This document shows positions 37,400 through 50,355 of a stretch of 64,000 nt of DNA, one piece after another. The stretch spans positions 183,026,001-183,090,000 of the forward strand of contig NC_058368.1 of the NCBI RefSeq assembly GCF_018350175.1. The letters run 5' to 3'. Positions within the stretch are counted from its first letter, which is position 1; every line of letters starts with the position of its first letter. The notes under the pieces were generated by a model. The model was given only the letters and a program-made list of their open reading frames with translations. It searched no databases and was not told the DNA's origin. Both the position numbers and the translations under genes were made by a program. The stretch comes from Felis catus. Taxonomy: Eukaryota.

Positions 37400-38235
37400 A
37401 CATAGAACAAACATTTTATATAGTTTCTTCCTGTTAAATGTGAATAAAGTCAATAACCAAAATTCAAAACATCTGAAAAAAAAAGAAAAGAAAAGAAAAG
37501 AAAAATAAACAAATTCAAAGAAACCTAGAAGAAACAAAAAATATAGGGAAAACTAAATACTTTAAAATTACTATTTTCAGTTTAGTCAAAGAAACACGCA
37601 CAGAAAAAATCTGTGTATAGATAACAAGAACAAATACACACACACAAAAGAACATTCTGAGTACACGGAAGAGTTCATATAAGAACAAAAATAACATAAA
37701 TATAATGAAAGGTAGCTTAAAACCTTAGAAAAAACATGGAAGTCTCCCTCAAAATAAAACTGAAAGACAAAGAGATAAAAGATAAAGGACAGCAAAAAAT
37801 CCCACTAAAAAACAAAAACAAAAACAAACAAACAACAAAAAACAACTCTTTTAAAGGAGAGGATTAACAAGGAGAACCAATGCCCAATTAAAAGGAATCC
37901 CTATTAGAAGTGGAATGAAGTTAACCACTGGTAGTAAAATATAATTTGTCAGATGCAAAGGACATAAATTTCAAGATTAGATTGAAAAATACTTGTGCAC
38001 TGGGTGTTGTATGGAAACCAATTTGACAATAAGTTTCATATATTGAAAAAATAAAAAAGAAAAAAGAAAAAAGAAAAAAAAGAAAAAAAAGAAAAATACT
38101 TGTGCTAAAGAATATTATCAGGAAATATCAGAAGAAGAGGAATAAAGAAAACTCTTTAAAACTTCTCAGCCTATAAACTAATCAGTGTAACAAAAATGAT
38201 CATATTGAAAGAACCGGATATGAAAGTAGTATCAG
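37400..38235 (+). mobile_element. HAL1/L1 ORF1-like remnant
   Basis: A-rich; ggaagtctccctcaaaataaaactgaaagacaaagagat; aaaggacataaatttcaagatt. Confidence 0.55.
37999..38090 (+). mobile_element. Extremely 5'-truncated felid-type L1 (about 45 bp of 3' end plus tail)
   Basis: actgggtgttgtatggaaaccaatttgacaataa, (GAAAAA)n-like tail, perfect TSD gaaaaatacttgtgc at 37984-37998 and 38091-38105. Confidence 0.9.
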
Positions 38236-40921
38236 AGAGTTCTACTCCCATTAATGTTGAATTATTCAAGGGTTTATTATAGAACATATTTCCTTACTTT
38301 TGGCTATTAGGTAGACATTAATTTTCAAAAGGAATACACCTTAACTCATTAGAATTCAGGTGCCTCACATTTTGGCTGATTAAAAAAATGTATAGAAGTA
38401 TTGGATTTGGATTAATAAATAATATTTTTAAAGGTGAGAAAGAGGTACATTTTATCCTGTTAAAGCAGGGGATAGATCTACATTAAAAAAAAAAAAAAGA
38501 TGGGTAAACTTAACAACTTTACTGAGCAAAACATATCAAGAAAGGCTGATGAGATGTCATCCTGACAAGCAAAGAATATTCTGTAAAAGTAAACTATAAC
38601 TTCCTCCATGAAGTGAAAAAAGTCAGAAAAAGGATAAGACAATTAGAAGATCAATGAATCATGTCTAAGACTTAAGTGCCAAACAAATAATTTAGCGACA
38701 GCAAGAAAATTATTTTGGAAAAGTGTTAACTATATTAACACTTGAAAGCTACACTGTAGGAAGGAGAAGGATCTGGAAAAAATCCTCAAAGTCCTGAAAA
38801 AGTCACAGGTTAGACTTTAAATCTTCTTTTACCTCTGTTAGTTTCAAAAATAAAAAAGTCCATTAGGAATTAACTTGGGATCCCCTTTCTGTTCAAAAGT
38901 ACTAGTTGCCACATTATTGAGAAGAGTCACAGGTACATACATGATGCCTGATTTAATCTACTGAGCCCTGTAACTAAGTGCCCCAGTTAACGGGGTAATT
39001 ATTTGGTTTGCTGCTTAGATTTAACACAGAAAATAACTTTCCTTTTATTGATATTCTTCAATTCCTTGAAATCTGGAAACCTTTTTTTTTTTCTTTTATA
39101 AAATAAGAGGATATGAAAGGTAAAGATGTTTCTTGGGCTTTAGTAGGCTGGAAGTTAAAACCCATAGGACAATTTTCTAGTTGGTATTAAATGGTTTCCA
39201 GGAGCATTATAGAACCAGGGAGGCAGCATCTAAATTTAGGGTCTAGAACCTCCCTAAATTATTGTTAATTATAGTATAAATATGTTATTCTGATGTCTAA
39301 AATCCTATTTGGTTAAGATAATAAGCATTTTGACATAAATTTATGTCTCTGGAGAGCATTTCACTAAAGAATAGATTTTTTTTTCTTTTTTTCTCAATTG
39401 TTGTTTTAAATTATAGTTTAGCTGATATCCAGCTGAGATGCTTTTTTGGGGGGGGGAAGATATCTTATGAATATGTATATGCAAAAGTTAATTTAAAACA
39501 ATATGTTAGATACAAGATTAAATTAAAAATAAAGTATTTTAGTCTGAAATATAACATCATCAATTATAAATTTTAGCAGTATGGTCCAGTCTATAAAGCC
39601 AACCATCAAGACAGGATGTCAAAATCTGTGGTGAGAAATTCAGTTTAACTGTTCAAACCATTTTTGTATCCTAGCATCAGTCAAAAACATAATATTCCAT
39701 GCTCCTGGATTCGAAGAACAAGTATTGTTAAAATGTAGATACTACCCAAAGCAATCTACATATTCAATGCAATCCCAAACAAAATAATACCAGCATTCTT
39801 CACAGAGCTAGAACAAACAATCCTAAAATTTGTATGGAACCAGAAAAGACCCTGAATAGCCAAAGCAATCTTGAATAAGAAAACCAAAGCTGGAGGGATC
39901 ACAATCCTGGACTTCAAGCTATATTACAAAGCTGTTATCATCAAGACAGTATGGTATTGGCAAAAAATGGACCCACACACATATGGCCAAACTAACCTTT
40001 TGACAAAGTAGGAAAGAATATCCATTAGAATAAAGACAGTCTCTTCAGCAAATGGTGCTCTGGAAATTGGACAGCGACAGGCAGAAAAACGAACCTGGAC
40101 CACTTTCTTACACCATACACAAAAATAAACTCAAAAGGGATGAAAGACCTAAATGTAAGACAGGAAGCCATCAAAATCCTTGAGGAGAAAGCAGGCAAAA
40201 CCACTTTGTCTTCAGCCACAGCAACTTCTTCCTCAACACGTCTCCACAGGGAAGGGAAACAAAGGCAAAAATAAACTTTTGGGATCTAATCAAAATAAAG
40301 CTTCTGCACAGAAAAGGAAACAATCAGCAAAACTAACAGGCAACTGATGGAATGGGAGAAGATATTTGCAAATTACATATCAGATAATGGGTTAGTATCC
40401 AAAGTCTATAAAGAACTTGTCAAACTCAACACCCAAAAAACAAATAATGCAGTGAAGAAATGGGCAAAAGACATGAAGAGACACTTCTTCAAAGAAGACA
40501 TCCAGATGGCTAATTGACACGTGAAAAAATGCTTAACATCACTCATCATCAGGGAAATAATAAATTAAAACCACAATGGGATACTATCTCACACCTGTCA
40601 GAATGGCTAACATTAACAACTCAGAAACAAAAGATATTGGTGAGGATGCAGAGAAAAAGGAACCCTTTTGCACTGTTGGTGGGAATACAAACTGGTGCAG
40701 CCACTCTGGAAAACAGTACAGAGGTTCCTCAAAAAAAAAAAAAAGATGGAACTACCCTACAACCCAGTGATTGCACTACCAGGTATTTATCCAAGGGATA
40801 CAGGTGTGCTGTTTCGAAGGGGCACTTGAACCCCAATGTTTATAGCAGCACTACTGACAATGGCCAAAGTATGGAAAGAGCCCAAATGTCCACCAAAGTA
40901 TGAATGGATAAAGAAGATGAG

Positions 40922-40926
<5 letters not shown>

Positions 40927-40966
<40 letters not shown>
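40927..40966. repeat. (TA)n microsatellite
   Basis: Direct inspection. Confidence 0.95.
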
Positions 40967-40970
<4 letters not shown>

Positions 40971-41049
40971 ATGGAGTATTACTCGTCAATCAAAAAGAAT
41001 GAAATCTTGCCATTTGCAACTACATGGATGGAACTAGGAGGTATTATGC

Positions 41050-41205
41050 TAAGCAAAATTAGTTGGAAAAAGACAAATATGACTTCATTCATATGAGGAA
41101 TTTATGAGACAAAACAGATGAACATAATAAGCAAAATTAGTTGGAAAAAGACAAATATGACTTCATTCATATGAGGAATTTATGAGACAAAACAGATGAA
41201 CATAA
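41050..41205 (+). repeat. Perfect 78 bp tandem duplication within the L1
   Basis: 41050-41127 is identical to 41128-41205. Confidence 0.95.
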
Positions 41206-41471
41206 GGGAAGGGAAGCAAAAATAATATAAAAAAGCAAATATATAAAAAAGGGAGGACAAAACGTAACAGACTCTTAAATATAGAGAACAAACAGAGGGT
41301 TGCTGGAGGGGTTGGGAGAGGGGGATGGGCTAAATGGGTGATGGGCATTAAAGAATCTACTCCTGAAATCATTGTTGCACTATATGCTTACTTAGATGTA
41401 AATTAAACAATTAATTAATTAGTTAGTTAAAAAAGAAAAAAACATATTTTAATTAATAAGTTACAAAATTT

Positions 41472-41669
41472 GGGGCACCTGGGTGCTCAGTTGGTTGAGT
41501 GTCTGACTTCGGCTCAAGTCACAATCTCACAGTTCAGGAGTTCAAGCCCCACACCGGGCTGGCTGCTGTCAGCATACAACGCACTTTGGATGCTCTGTCC
41601 CTCTCTTTCTGACCCTTCCCTGCTTGCACTGTCTCTTTCTCAAAAATAAATAAACATTAAAAAAATTTT
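41472..41669 (+). mobile_element. CanSINE
   Basis: TSD aataa(g/a)ttacaaaattt at 41455 and 41670. Confidence 0.94.
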
Positions 41670-43139
41670 AATAAATTACAAAATTTAGAAGACTTTGTAG
41701 ATGATCTAATCCAAATGCATCATTTTAGGGAATAGGAAACAAAGGCCTTCAACGAGTTAGAATCTCACCTATTGCAAAGCAGGATTTACATACATGTCAA
41801 TCTAGTAGTTGCTGGTATTGATATGTATAAGATTTCAAATATCTGATGTGACTGACTTTTCTATATTTGACTACCTATTTGAATTAACTAATTTGTAGTC
41901 GATACTCAAATGAATTAAGAAGAAAAAACATGTCAACAGTTATTTTTCCCTCTAAAAGAGATCTTGCAGAAAATGTTCATTGAGCTTAAATTATCTTTTC
42001 TGGCTCCCAGATTTATTAGTCTCACCAGTAAATGATAACTTCCTACTTCATTTAACCTGCCTCAAAATGGTCCAAAGGTAGAAATAAAGATGTCTGAATA
42101 ATATGTGATTCTACAAACGACAACTAGATATGTAGGAAAAGCCACAGATAAATAATCACTTTGTAAATCAAATTAACATATAACTTTAAAGGGGGGGGAT
42201 AAAAAAAAAAATACAAGCTGAGCCAATATGTCCCAAGGAAAATAACAAAAATGTCCTTTCTCACTGAACCCAATTTTGTCTCTTGCCCTATGTGCCGGCA
42301 ACATGTTTAGACCTTGCCTCTTTGTGTATTCGTATCGCTTTATTTCCCTTCATTGTTAGCAGCGTTATCTACTCTTCTAACAATAGAAATCTCAGGGGAA
42401 CATTTTCTCTAATCCTACTCCCAACTGTTAGTTCGGTTTGTTTATCTACTTTCTTGACTCACAGCCCAAACCTTCTGTATCAGTTTTGTTCCCAACAAGG
42501 GGAGCAGGAAGAGGACTCATATGGCATTTTTAGAGCCATTTGTTATTGTGGCAGTGAGGAATCTGTAACACTGCGCAGATTGTCAGTTTGTCCTATGATG
42601 GGAGAAATGGTAGTTAGACAAATAGGAAATTCATGGTTTGTACCTAAAAACCCTTCTACATTTTTACAACCATGATGGAAATGAAAGTGAAAAGAGACTG
42701 GGAAATGAGAGTTAAGAGTTAAGTGTTGTATCTTCCCTCTTGTTATAAATTATAATTTCAAAGAGAACAGAAGAAGGAGTTTATAGCTTCCTCTCCCTTT
42801 AATATTTCTGGCTCATAGATGCTCCAATATATAGGTTCACAATGCCCACTCAAATATGCAGATATCACCCTGCTCAGTTTTCTCAGCTACCAACACAGGA
42901 AACAGAGTAACAGTAACATGAAGGAACTTTCCAGTTCTACCATTCTGTTAAATGCTCTGTCAAATCAGTAAAATTGAGTAAATGTTATCATTTGACTTCA
43001 TTAAAAAGAACATGATTAAACTTCTCTCTACTCTTTTTATTGGAGCTCAAATTCTTGATTTCTGAAAAATCTCTTCATGATACTCATTTCAAAGTGGGAT
43101 TTACTTTGTGGTTAGTTTGAAAGCAGAACTTACTTTATC

Positions 43140-43520
43140 CAATATTTTAATTTATTTTGTTAATTTTTAAAAAGGTACATTAGTACATTGCAGAAAGCTA
43201 GAAAATACATTTTTTGGCATAGAAACCATTTTTTATAAAGATAATCTCAATATATTTTCCAGTGTTTTTCCATTATTTATTTTGTATACGCACAGTCATG
43301 AGGGACTTACAACATTATACTATGTTTCTACATAATACTGTATAATAAACATTTTCTATTTTGCTTCACAGTCCTCAATGCAATAATTTTAGTGTTTTAA
43401 ATGGTCTGACCATTGAGAGGATATACCAAAATTTCCTGGTCTATTTCATACTGTTGGACATATAGATGGTTTACAACTTTTTATTATCAAAAACGTTATT
43501 CAACTGACAAATTTACACAA
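43140..43520 (-). mobile_element. L1ME-like 3' fragment
   Basis: ctatttcatactgttggacatatagatggtttacaacttttt. Confidence 0.55.
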
Positions 43521-43596
43521 CTTTTTATTATTATTATTCAAAATGACTTCATTCATAGCTAATTAATTTTGCATTAATTTAAAGTAGTTACAACTT

Positions 43597-43825
43597 GAGG
43601 CACTTAGGTGGCTCAGTTTATAAGCATCAGAGTCTTGATTTCGGCACAGGTCATGATTTCACTGTTTGTGAGATGGACCCCAGCACTGGCCTCTAAGCTG
43701 CCAGCTTGAACAACAGCACAGAGCCTGTTTGGGATTCTGTCTCCTCTCTCTCTGCCCCTCCCCCTTGCTCCTGCACACACATGTGCATGCTCTCTCTTTC
43801 TAAATTAATTAATTATTAATTAATT
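43597..43825 (+). mobile_element. CanSINE
   Basis: gaggcacttaggtggctcag head; TSD aaagtagttacaa. Confidence 0.92.
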
Positions 43826-43939
43826 AAAAGTAGTTACAAATCTATGCAGTCACCAATTATCATCTCCTCTTCCATTTTCCTGATCATTCCCAGCTCCCTT
43901 CTTTAGTTGGCTGAACTTGCAATTTTTTTGTCTGTCTAA

Positions 43940-44185
43940 TATATCACTTCCTTAGGGACTCCATTCTGGAGACTCTCCACAGTATAGGTGGCTTTGACAG
44001 TTATGTATTTCCATAGTACTTTCTTCCAGGAATGCTAGATGTTACATGTTTAGTATCAGTCTACTATAATAGATTCTAAGCATTATGAAGACACAAAAGA
44101 CACCTTTCTTGCTCATCATAGTAACCTGAGTACCAACAACAGGGGATTTCCCCATGCTTGGTAGATATTTAATAAATTGTTATAA
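43940..44185 (+). mobile_element. L2 3' end
   Basis: tagattctaagcattatgaagac...ggtagatatttaataaattgtt. Confidence 0.55.
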
Positions 44186-44426
44186 ATTTTAATTCAAGAA
44201 CAGGATTAATAAGAGAATAAAAGCATGTATGCATTGATAACTGATATGAGAGCTCTACATATTCAAAATTACTTTGTTGAATTATTTTAATTCCAATTGC
44301 TGCATTTTAAGTGAAAGACATCAAGCTAAAAGAGGCTTAATAAAAATAGCCACAGTCTCCATATAAATGACTATTTGCATTCAAACCAGTAAATTACTAA
44401 AACAGAGACATGCATTTTTTTTTCTT

Positions 44427-44654
44427 TTTAAAAAAAAAATTTTTTTTCAACGTTTTTATTTATTTTGGGGACAGAGAGAGACAGAGCATGAACGGGGGAG
44501 GGGCAGAGAGAGAGAGGGAGACACAGAATGGGAAACAGGCTCCAGGCTCCGAGCCATCAGCCCAGAGCCCGACGCGGGGCTCGAACCCACGGACCGTGAG
44601 ATCGTGACCTGGCTGAAGTCGGACGCTTAACCGACTGCGCCACCCAGGCGCCGC
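44427..44654 (-). mobile_element. Felid CanSINE (SINEC_Fc-like), young
   Basis: CpG-rich and near consensus; TSD gca(t)n-ctt near 44412 and 44655. Confidence 0.97.
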
Positions 44655-45204
44655 GCATTTTTTTTCTTAATTAACCAGAGATGGTTTCTGTCTTTCACAG
44701 AATCTTTCTCAAATTGCTGTTGGTTTTCCTCACTGGATCCAGGTGCATGTTAGAAAGAATTTCAACATTGTTTTAGAATTGTCTCAGGTAAGTTACATGG
44801 AATTCTCATGATAAAGGGGTCTACATACTTGCTATATAAAAGTAATGAAAGGAAAGTATTTTAGAGCAATCCAAATTAAGAAGTACATCACATGAATGCA
44901 TTTCATAGGGAACAAGAGAGTTTCTTTTAAGCGATCTGGCTTTCTAACATATAGTATCATATGCTTGTGGCTTTTCCACAAAGTTGCACAGAATCTTAGG
45001 GTTATTCATAGGCCACTCTAAGATTTAAGAGGAAGTCCAAGTGAGCTGGCCTGTCCACTCATCCTAGTATATTTTTATCTTTTTTTTAATACAGAAATTT
45101 GAACATGAAATTTTTCTTCATAAAAAGTTTCTACAGTGACCCATCTTTTTAAATCTAAAGGATTCAAGACTGACTGAATATTTGACTAAAGATGTAACCT
45201 CATT

Positions 45205-46145
45205 GGTTCATTCCTGAAATATTTAACAAGATATGTGGCCAGGACTATAATATTTAATGGAAATACATGATGAATAAAACATGACTATCCAAAACAATGA
45301 CACAAACATGTAAATCTGAAAGATGATACATTAGAGTTATTATATGTTTAGTGCTGTGGGAATACAGAAATAGTGCCACCTTAAAAATCCATGAAACCTT
45401 CATATTTGAACATGTGCTTGATAGTTAATAGAGGATTTCAAAGGAGAAAAGTTATGGGGTCCCTGGGTGGCTCAGTTGGTTAGGCATCCGACTTCAGGTC
45501 AGGTCATGATCTCACAGTTCATGGGTTTGAGCCCCGCGTCTGGTTCTGTGCTGACAGCTCACAGGCTGGAGCCTGCTTTGGATTCTGTATCTCTCTCTCT
45601 GCCCTTCCCCTGCTAACACTCTGTATCTCTCTCTCTCTCTCTCTCTCAAAAATAAATACACATGTAAAAAAATTAAAAACAAAAGTAGAGAATTTAGGTA
45701 AGGACATCAAAGGCAGTGAGGCAACTCATGTGCAGAACATGGCATAAGATGAACAGTTCATGTGAAGAAAATAGACACACTGTAAAAAGTTCCATGTGGC
45801 TGGAGTGTCAGATTTTGTGATATAATATTGGAAGAGGTAAGTTTGAAGGTAAGTTTGGGCCATATTTTGAAGAGTGCAAGTTCTGGGAACACCATGAAAG
45901 CAAGACAAAACAACACAAAATATTGAACTGGGAAACGGGAGTGTTTTAAGTCAGGAGAACTGGATGGGACTGTCAAAATAAGAGAGGAGAATTGAGAACC
46001 GAGATTACAAAAAGGAGAAAATAAGGGTAAAGAGTACAGAAGAGATTTATAAGCTATTTCTGAGACAGAATATATACAAGTTTGTTACTGAATGAATGTG
46101 AATGGCAGAGATGAGATAAAAATGATTTTAAATATTCTAAGTTGA
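45205..46145 (-). mobile_element. L2, interrupted by a SINE
   Basis: ttcattcctgaaatattt; aaaggcagtgaggcaactcatgtgcag; catgtggctggagtg; gtgttttaagtcaggaga. Confidence 0.7.
45456..45682 (+). mobile_element. CanSINE
   Basis: ggggtccctgggtggctcagttggtt head, CT tract, A tail. Confidence 0.94.
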
Positions 46146-46159
46146 AAGGGGGATCCTGC

Positions 46160-46300
46160 AGGGTCACAGAGAGGTGATAAAGAGAGTAACTTCAGAGATA
46201 GATGTAGGTTTGAACAGTCGGTCAATTTCACTTGCTAGCCAAGTGATTTTAGGCAAGTCACTTCACCTTTCTAAGATTCAGTATCCTCTTCTGATTGAAA
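46160..46300 (+). mobile_element. MIR 5' and core
   Basis: cacttgctagccaagtgattttaggcaagtcacttcacctttctaagattcagtatcctc. Confidence 0.75.
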
Positions 46301-46607
46301 CAATTTTTTAAGTATTCAGAGAAATAACGTAAGTTTTCATTAAGTCTTTATTAGTACTATTATTGATTTACAGGCTAATGTTTAATGTCAAGTCATAAGA
46401 TTTCCCATTCTTTCTATAAAAGTGCTGACCTTTTCCAGATGGATTAGATGTGAATATCTAGATTTGTATATAATGATTTATCTGCTGTTTTTCTGTTCTT
46501 CCAACTAATGGAGTAACAGTGGATTCAACAGACATTTATTCTGTACCAAATACAGACCTAGTACCCTTCCAGCTGCTCAGGACACCTACATTAAAAGGGT
46601 AGAACTT

Positions 46608-47568
46608 AAAAAAAGGGGCAAAGAAACTCAAAAGAAGACATTGCAATGATGGGCAAGTACTTGAAAAGGTGCTCAATATCACTTATCATCAGGAAAATGC
46701 AAATCCAAGCCACAGTGAAATATCATCTCACACCTGTTAAAATGGTTATTAGCAAAGACAAGAGATCAGAAGTGTTGGTGAGGATATGGAAAAAAGGAAG
46801 TCCTTTTTCAGTGTTGGTGGGAGTGTAAATTGGTGCAACCAGTATCGAAAACAATATGGAGGTTCCTAAATATTTTAAAATAGAACTACCCTTGATCCAG
46901 CAATTCCACTTCCCGGTATATATCTGAAGGGAGGAAAATCACTATGTCAAGATGTATCTGTACCCCCATGTTCACTGCACCATTATTTACAACAGCCAAG
47001 GCATGGAAACAACTTGTGTTGACCCATAAGCAAATGGATAAAGAAAATGTGGTATAAATATACAATGGATGTATTAACTGGCCACAAAGAAGAAGGAAAT
47101 CCTGCCATATGAAACAAATGGACCTTGAGAGCATTATGCTAAGTTAAATAAGTCAGACAGACAAAGACAGATACTATATGATCTCTCTTATATGTGGACT
47201 CTAAAACAAAAACAAAATTCAAGAAACAAAGAACAAAGCGGTTATTGAAAAAGGCAGGGGGTGGGGTAAAGGAAATGGTGGGGATGGTCAAAAGGTACAA
47301 ATTTTCAGTAATAGAATTAAAAAGTTCTAGGGATATAATGTACACCATGGTGCCTGTAGTTAATAACACCATATTATATATTTAAAAGTTGCCAAGAGAG
47401 TAAATCTTCAAAATTCTCAGCATAAGAAGAATTACAACTACATAAGGTCTCTGACACTAAACTTATTACAATCATTTTGCAATATATATCAAATCATTAT
47501 GTCGTACAATTTAAACAAATACAATGTTATATGTTAATTATACCTCAATAAAACTGGGGAAGGTTTTA
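46608..47568 (+). mobile_element. L1 3' end (L1MA-like), 5'-truncated
   Basis: ORF2 C-terminal peptide LKRCSISLIIRKMQIQATVKYHLTPVKM; 3'UTR ends tacctcaataaaactggg; imperfect TSD aaaagggtagaactt / aaaaggagagaattt. Confidence 0.92.
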
Positions 47569-48113
47569 AAAAGGAGAGAATTTGTCCAAGAAAATATTTT
47601 TTAAAAAGTAGGCAAATAAGCAAAAACCACTTTATTTCAGAGTTTGTCTCAGTAAAGAATTAAAAAAAAAAAACCTAAATCATATCAAATAATTTTAAAA
47701 AAGAAACATAAAAAATGAAAGTGGTCCTCTTTCAACAGGATGGCCAGAAAGTATCTCTTTGACACACTCTGAAGAGGACAGGGATTGATATTGGGATTAA
47801 TATAAATCCCATAGGAACATCTGGAAAGTTACATGAGGTCATATGTTGAGTTTGTTTTCAGAAGAAATGGAGGCTGCTAATTTGGAGTTCTGTTTAACTA
47901 CAAGGGATATAAAGTCTAAGTTTTTCCTATCAATATCATGTTCTCCTTCCTCTCCAAGCATTGAATCCTCTATCTCTCTGTTATTTCTACATTTTTAATC
48001 TCTCTGTGTTTCTAAATTTTTAAACTGAACAACCTCGATAAATTGCACTCTTATAATATTTTATGTTGTCACTCTTGCTAGTCTATATTTAGGATCTATG
48101 GGGTTTTGACATT

Positions 48114-48477
48114 TGTTACAGCCATCGAAGCTAAATGAAGACACTCCAAAACACCCTGGCTACACAGGAAATATACTAAAACCCATCAGTAAGGTTATGA
48201 GGGTATATATGTACATAATGTCACAGATCAGGAGGATAAGATAGGAGACCTCCAAGGGCAAAGTTCTGAATGAGGGATGAAAGCAGCAGTGGCAACCCAT
48301 GACGCTCCTTCTCCCAGGGATCTTATTATCTTGCTAGGAAGCTGTAGGATCTAGAAGAGACTGGAATGTGACAATGGGAAAAGAATCTCCTGTAATTCAC
48401 ATGTAACTTGTTCACAGTTAAATTCTTGATCCAGGGCATGAGACCTCCAAGACCTGTGTCATCAATGAAATCTTTCA
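48114..48477 (-). mobile_element. Candidate solo LTR, family not assigned
   Basis: Minus strand runs TGAAAG...TGTAACA with a TATATA about 90 bp before the end; TSD not clear. Confidence 0.35.
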
Positions 48478-49763
48478 CGATTTTATTTTTATCATCTAGG
48501 ACCTGAGTGAGTGTACATGATACTTGAATTTGCAGTTATTGATTCTCAGAAAGCATAATTCAGCATCCGATTCACAGAGGCTATTCAATAGCTTGTAACT
48601 GTAGTAATCCAAGAATGAAGAGATCTCCATTTCTATGTTTATTCTGAACATTGAAAATATGTATTTATGTATATATTTTAAAGTAGTTAAAAAATAAATA
48701 TGCTGGATACTGTTTCTCTTGAAAACCACATGATTTGGTATGTCTAATATACTAACTCTGTAAAAAATTTTTGGTCCCCCCAAATCATACAAAACTAATT
48801 GTTTCACAAATTTCTTAAATTTGACCCTATTATACTATTTTACAGTAGGACCTCATTTGTTTCTGATATTGTATCAGAAGCTGTTTGATTCACACAGTAC
48901 TGAATTTAGCACACACCCCCCCTTTTTAAAATAACTTTCAACACATAACACCAAGAGGGTGAGATGGTTGTTGGCCTCAAATGACTGATTTCTACTCAAC
49001 AAGCACAAAAGAACGGAACTCCTGGGCAACTTGATGTGAAATGTGTCATCCACAGGTCAACAGGCTACAACCACCCAAACTCATTTGTTTAGGCCTGATT
49101 AAGTCCAGCAGGGGGAGTATGAAAATGAATTCAAAAGGATCAAATAAGAGAGAAGCATCAGGAAAACCAAGTGTCGCACGCTTTCATTTCTTTGTACAAT
49201 AGGAAGCTGTTGCCCTGTGCTGTCAAGTTCACGAACTTGCTAACAGCTTTTTATAGGCACAGTGCATTTTCTACATTTGATCTAAAAGAGACATATCTGA
49301 CTGTTCACCAGTGTCCACTTGCATCCTGAATTGTGGCAGCATGGAACTCTTCACTGTCTGACATTTTAAAATTGGCCTTGGATACAATGCTTTGTGTGAG
49401 GTAAACCTGCTGCACTCCAACACTTCCTTGAAAAGGTTGACAAGAAAACCCAAATGAGACCATGTTTCACTGCCTGGTTGCAATCGTATGGTAGAGTGCA
49501 AGTTGAGTTTGGGGGGAAGTAGGGCCAGGAAAGAAAAAGATAAAGCATGTAATTAAAGCACTCAAATCAATAAGAAAAATCTTTTTCTTTGATAAGGCAA
49601 CATTATTTATTCATAAAAGACAACTTATTTTAACCTTTTAATAAAGTATTATTTCTGCTTTAAATATTGGAGTATTTGGTTTATGTCTTTTTACTGGTCT
49701 TTTTTGTTCCATGGGTCTTTAGATATTTTGGGAACAAATGGGCTCAAGTAGATGGAGAGTCTA

Positions 49764-49782
49764 TGTTGCCCCCTAGTGGCAA
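49764..49782 (-). promoter_or_regulatory. CTCF binding motif
   Basis: Minus strand TTGCCACTAGGGGGCAACA matches the CTCF core CCASYAGRKGGC. Confidence 0.65.
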
Positions 49783-49919
49783 GTGATATTATAACCATAA
49801 TCCTGGAGTTGGAATTCTGGTGCTCCTGCTGTGTGTCAGTCTTTGCATCTTACATATTTTCTGGCTCAGTCTTTTTAACCATATAAGTAGAATTTTCACC
49901 TTGTTTCACTTTCATCAAA

Positions 49920-50179
49920 ATTTACTAGTTACAAACTTTGATCACTTTTCCTATTTTCTCTCAGCCATTGTTTCCTCATCCAAAATACGGGGATATTAAT
50001 ACTCCCCACTTCAAGGGGTTGTTTTGAGAACAAAATCTGAGGGATGCCTGGGTAGCTCAGTCAATTAAGCATCTGACTCTTGATTTCAGCTCAGGTCATG
50101 ATCTCATGTTTTGTGGGATAGAGCCCTGCATCAGGCTTTGTGCTCATAGTGTGGTGCCTGCTTGGGATTCTCTCTCTAC

Positions 50180-50233
<54 letters not shown>

Positions 50234-50355
50234 TCCCCCACTCACCTCCTCCCTCAAAATATCTAAACAAACATTTTTAAAAAATGATAATGCAAGTGAT
50301 GTCTATTGTGCAGTGCCTTTGAATAGTAACCATTCAGCAAAAAGCTAGCTTTAAT
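49920..50355 (+). mobile_element. MIR split by a CanSINE
   Basis: gtttcctcatccaaaatacggggatattaatac...ggttgttttgaga [SINE] tgataatgcaagtg...cagtgcct. Confidence 0.75.
50041..50283 (+). mobile_element. CanSINE with long (CT)n
   Basis: gggatgcctgggtagctcagtc head; (CT)n at 50183-50228. Confidence 0.93.

Larger units (their letters stand above)
39692..41437 (+). mobile_element. 5'-truncated carnivore/felid L1 (ORF2 C-terminal third and 3'UTR), inactive
   Basis: Well-preserved L1 sequence; ORF2 peptides HLTPVRMA-like [11 protein letters not shown] and MFIAALLTMAKVWKEPKCP; frameshifts; short TSD aaaaacata. Confidence 0.95.

Noticed and set aside
41050..41205. Direct repeats (also 35587-35660) as CRISPR-like arrays
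   Set aside because: Only two adjacent copies with no spacers, in mammalian repeat context.
42283..42675. Longest ORF (130 aa) as a membrane protein
   Set aside because: Starts at TTG, has T-rich composition, and shows no recognisable domain or splice context.
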